Source: Fodinibius halophilus (GTDB taxonomy: Bacteria > Bacteroidota > Rhodothermia > Balneolales > Balneolaceae). From it: DNA of 32,000 nt. Each line of letters begins with the position of its first letter. Positions within the stretch are counted from its first letter, which is position 1. Below the pieces are notes generated by a model. That model made no database searches. It saw only the letters and a program-made list of their open reading frames with translations, and was not told where the DNA came from. The DNA is taken from positions 53,933 through 85,932 of the forward strand of contig NZ_JAALLS010000015.1 of the NCBI RefSeq assembly GCF_011059105.1. The letters run 5' to 3'. Below are positions 29,397 through 32,000 of the stretch, piece after piece. Made by a program: the position numbers and the translations under genes.

Positions 29397-30392
29397 TCAA
29401 TATTCCCGAGAAATCAAACGATTAAAAAATTCAGTAATTTCGCTTTTATAGGTAGAATCACCAAAGATCTGTAAATGATCTATGGCTTCCTGGTAATGAT
29501 ACTCCATAGCACTTTTCGTATCCTCAATAACATTCAAGGATCTAAAGATGGAGATAACATTTGCAATTTCTTCTTTTGTGTTACTTTCAGCTGATAACAA
29601 ATCCGTCAGTTGTTGGTGTTGCTTACCTTCACTTCTTTGCAGTGCTAGGAGAGAAAGATAGGTCTTCTTACCTTCAACGATATCTCCTCCCCTTTTCTTG
29701 CCAAATTTTTCAGGATCAGCTATAACATCCAATAAATCATCCTGTATCTGGAATGCAATTCCTACTTTTTTGCCTGTATATTTAAGTTCATGAATCTGTT
29801 CGGAACTCGCTCCCGCAACAGCTGCTCCCATAGTCAGGGCTCCACTAATAAGGGCCGCTGTTTTGCCTTCAATCATCTCAAGGTATTGTTCGATAGAAAC
29901 ATCTTCCTGAGTCTCAAACATCAGATCATATCCCTGCCCTTCGCATACCTTCTCGGCACTATCCAGGAATAGATCTAAAATGAGGCTATACTCCTCTTTG
30001 GAATAGTTATCGTCTCTGCCATACGCCTGTAGCTGTTTGAATGCTTTGGCATACATTGCATCGCCGGAGAGTATAGCTGTATTGGCATCCCATTTTTTGT
30101 ACACACTCGGTTTTCCACGGCGTTTTTCGGCCCCATCCATAATATCATCATGGAGAAGTGTGAAATTATGCAACAGTTCAATCGACAGGGCTGCAGGCAA
30201 AGCTTCTTCAACCTCTCCGCCACAGATTCCACAAGCAACCAGCGTCAAATACGGACGTACTCTCTTTCCAGCCAGTGACAAGGTGTAGCGCACCGGATCA
30301 TATAATAGAGACGGCTCTTGCGGCAGTTTAAGCTTGGCAAGGCGTGCATCTATAAGTTTTGAAAGTTTCTGCTGTTGCTTAGTATTTTTCAA
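29397..30392 (-). CDS. Polyprenyl diphosphate synthase (short-chain trans-IDS; FPP/GGPP synthase type)
   Basis: FARM LLHDDIMDG and SARM FQIQDDLLD. The only available start is TTG at 30392, since an in-frame stop lies 2 codons upstream. Confidence 0.88.
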   Translation of the reverse strand: MKNTKQQQKLSKLIDARLAKLKLPQEPSLLYDPVRYTLSLAGKRVRPYLTLVACGICGGEVEEALPAALSIELLHNFTLLHDDIMDGAEKRRGKPSVYKKWDANTAILSGDAMYAKAFKQLQAYGRDDNYSKEEYSLILDLFLDSAEKVCEGQGYDLMFETQEDVSIEQYLEMIEGKTAALISGALTMGAAVAGASSEQIHELKYTGKKVGIAFQIQDDLLDVIADPEKFGKKRGGDIVEGKKTYLSLLALQRSEGKQHQQLTDLLSAESNTKEEIANVISIFRSLNVIEDTKSAMEYHYQEAIDHLQIFGDSTYKSEITEFFNRLISREY

Positions 30393-30459
30393 ATTGTTCT
30401 ATGCTGAATTTATAAAAGGCCAAATATAAGGATTTTAATGTAAGATGTTACTGTCGAAA

Positions 30460-31479
30460 TCACTTTGATTGGATATGATTCCGGTTGAGATCTTTTGGCT
30501 GTTCGCAGCCTAACAGTAATAGTATAGTAGTAAACTGTTTACACCAACTTTTATAGAGGCGTTCGAGTCCATCATACCCATCGTTAACAACCGCTCTTAT
30601 TACCGGTTGTGCAGAAGCGGCAAAATCAGCCCCAAGACATAATGCTTTGGCAAGGTCATGGCTGGAGCGTATTCCCCCGGAAGCTATTAGTTCGAACTCA
30701 TAATCGGATCGTAACTCATTTACCTGTTTAACACATTCCAAAGTCGGAATTCCCCAATCATTAAAGTCATTATCGGGGTCATGATTGGAAAGCCGCTCAT
30801 TTTCAACTTTTGCCCAGCTGGTCCCCCCTGCTCCGGCTACATCGATGACCTTAACCCCAACGTCTAACAGGCGTTTAGCAACACTTCCTGAAATTCCGGC
30901 CCCGGTTTCTTTTACGATGACCGGTACGGGACTTTGGGTACAGAGTTGACTTATCCCCTCCTCCACACCTTTGAATTTTCGATCTCCTTCGGGTTGCATC
31001 AACTCTTGCAGTGGATTGAGATGGACAATAATTGCATCAGCTTCAATGGAATCTATTAACAGGTTAACTTGCGAGGCTGCAAGCCCCCCAACCAACTGTG
31101 CACCACCAATATTTGAGGCTATAAACGCATTGGGAGCTTCTTTTCTTACCACAGAAAATGATTCAATGGTACTATCATCTTCAAGTATAATACGCTGGCT
31201 GCCAACACCAAACGGCAAATTATAATCTTCACAAAAGCGGGCTATAATAGCATTTACGGCTCCGGCATCGGTATATCCCCCCGTCATAGAAGAGATAAAT
31301 AGCGGAAATGCAAAGTTCCGCCCTAAAAAACGGGCTTCAGTAGAAACATCCCCAATATCGACTTCTGGCAGGGCATTGTGAATAAACCGGTACTGCTGAA
31401 AACCCGTTTCCGTTTGGTAATCCACTTCCCCTGAGGTCGTCAGAGAAACGTGATCTTTTTTTCGCTGTTTTATACTCAT
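30460..31479 (-). CDS. fni: Isopentenyl-diphosphate delta-isomerase, type 2 (FMN-dependent)
   Basis: RKKDHV, ISSMTGG, VIVKETGAGIS and ASGGIRS motifs on a TIM-barrel-length protein, adjacent to the polyprenyl synthase gene. Confidence 0.9.
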   Translation of the reverse strand: MSIKQRKKDHVSLTTSGEVDYQTETGFQQYRFIHNALPEVDIGDVSTEARFLGRNFAFPLFISSMTGGYTDAGAVNAIIARFCEDYNLPFGVGSQRIILEDDSTIESFSVVRKEAPNAFIASNIGGAQLVGGLAASQVNLLIDSIEADAIIVHLNPLQELMQPEGDRKFKGVEEGISQLCTQSPVPVIVKETGAGISGSVAKRLLDVGVKVIDVAGAGGTSWAKVENERLSNHDPDNDFNDWGIPTLECVKQVNELRSDYEFELIASGGIRSSHDLAKALCLGADFAASAQPVIRAVVNDGYDGLERLYKSWCKQFTTILLLLGCEQPKDLNRNHIQSK

Positions 31480-31492
31480 CTGTAAATACTCT

Positions 31493-32000
31493 TTAAATCA
31501 TATAGCTTCCGCCGTTGATATGGAAAGTTGCACCGGTCATATGCGGTACTTTACCGGAAGCCAGAAAGGCAACGAGTTCCCCTACTTCTTCCGGAGAGGT
31601 GATTTCGTCAAAAGCCATCCCCTGTGTCAAGTATTCCTCGCCATACACTTCGATAGAGTCCATGGCCATGTCGGTCTTGATAAAACCAGGGGCTATAGAA
31701 TATGCTGAAATATCATGCTGTCCATAGTCTCGGGCTACGCTTTTGGTAAAAGCAACCATTCCCCCTTTAGAGGCTGCATAAGCGGAATATTCCTGGGTAT
31801 CTCCCCGATAAGCTGCTCGCGAAGACACATTGATCAGAATCCCTCCTTCTTCATCTGCTTTCCACCTGTTAAGTGCCCATTTCGATAGCAAGGCGGGAGC
31901 CCGCAGATTAACCTGCATAGTTTTATCCCAGGCCTCCAGCCAAGAGTGGTCATCAGTATCAAAACCGGACTCCAAAAAGATTCCTGCATTATTTATTAAT
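31493..32000 (-). CDS. Short-chain dehydrogenase/reductase (SDR), N-terminus outside the window
   Basis: The frame stays open to the window edge and reads ...LINNAGIF (the NNAG motif) upstream of the listed TTG. Catalytic YxxxK context SAYAASKGG. C-terminal ...GATFHINGGSYMI. Confidence 0.85.
   Translation of the reverse strand, partial: LINNAGIFLESGFDTDDHSWLEAWDKTMQVNLRAPALLSKWALNRWKADEEGGILINVSSRAAYRGDTQEYSAYAASKGGMVAFTKSVARDYGQHDISAYSIAPGFIKTDMAMDSIEVYGEEYLTQGMAFDEITSPEEVGELVAFLASGKVPHMTGATFHINGGSYMI

Overview
This is a 32-kb chromosomal window that looks Bacteroidota-related. A stand-alone nuoI/nqo9, SusC/SusD genes, Shine-Dalgarno-poor AT-rich leaders and mid-40s % GC point to a Balneolales/Rhodothermales-like organism, but that placement is inference only. 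Most of the window is tightly packed housekeeping and carbohydrate-use genes. On the plus strand: a SusC/SusD pair with a GH2 beta-galactosidase; a type-II homoserine-kinase-like gene with lysA; a GH63/YgjK-like glycosidase; a frameshifted FMN-dependent lactate oxidase/monooxygenase; tdk-nupC; two parvulin/SurA chaperones; and a MoxR-VWA pair. On the minus strand: der, then nuoI, a hypothetical protein, a membrane protein and a peroxiredoxin; and a second run of SDR, fni, polyprenyl synthase, bamD, nadD and an LD-carboxypeptidase. The one clearly accessory segment is 10918-13908. It is a 1.6-kb AT-rich non-coding island built from a structured repeat family: two tandem ~272-bp units, one truncated copy and one diverged copy. 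Each unit carries two hairpins whose stems are conserved but whose loops vary. The island surrounds a DUF559 (Vsr-like nuclease) pseudogene and is followed by a low-GC orphan lipoprotein serine hydrolase. The two tandem units each carry a near-identical 36-codon hydrophobic ORF whose stop codon leads straight into a hairpin-plus-T6 terminator. This island is the best candidate in the window for something undescribed, such as a small toxic peptide or structured-RNA cassette, or a REPIN-like mobile repeat tied to the DUF559 nuclease. All functional readings of it are inference. No rRNA, tRNA, CRISPR array, transposase or integrase was seen.
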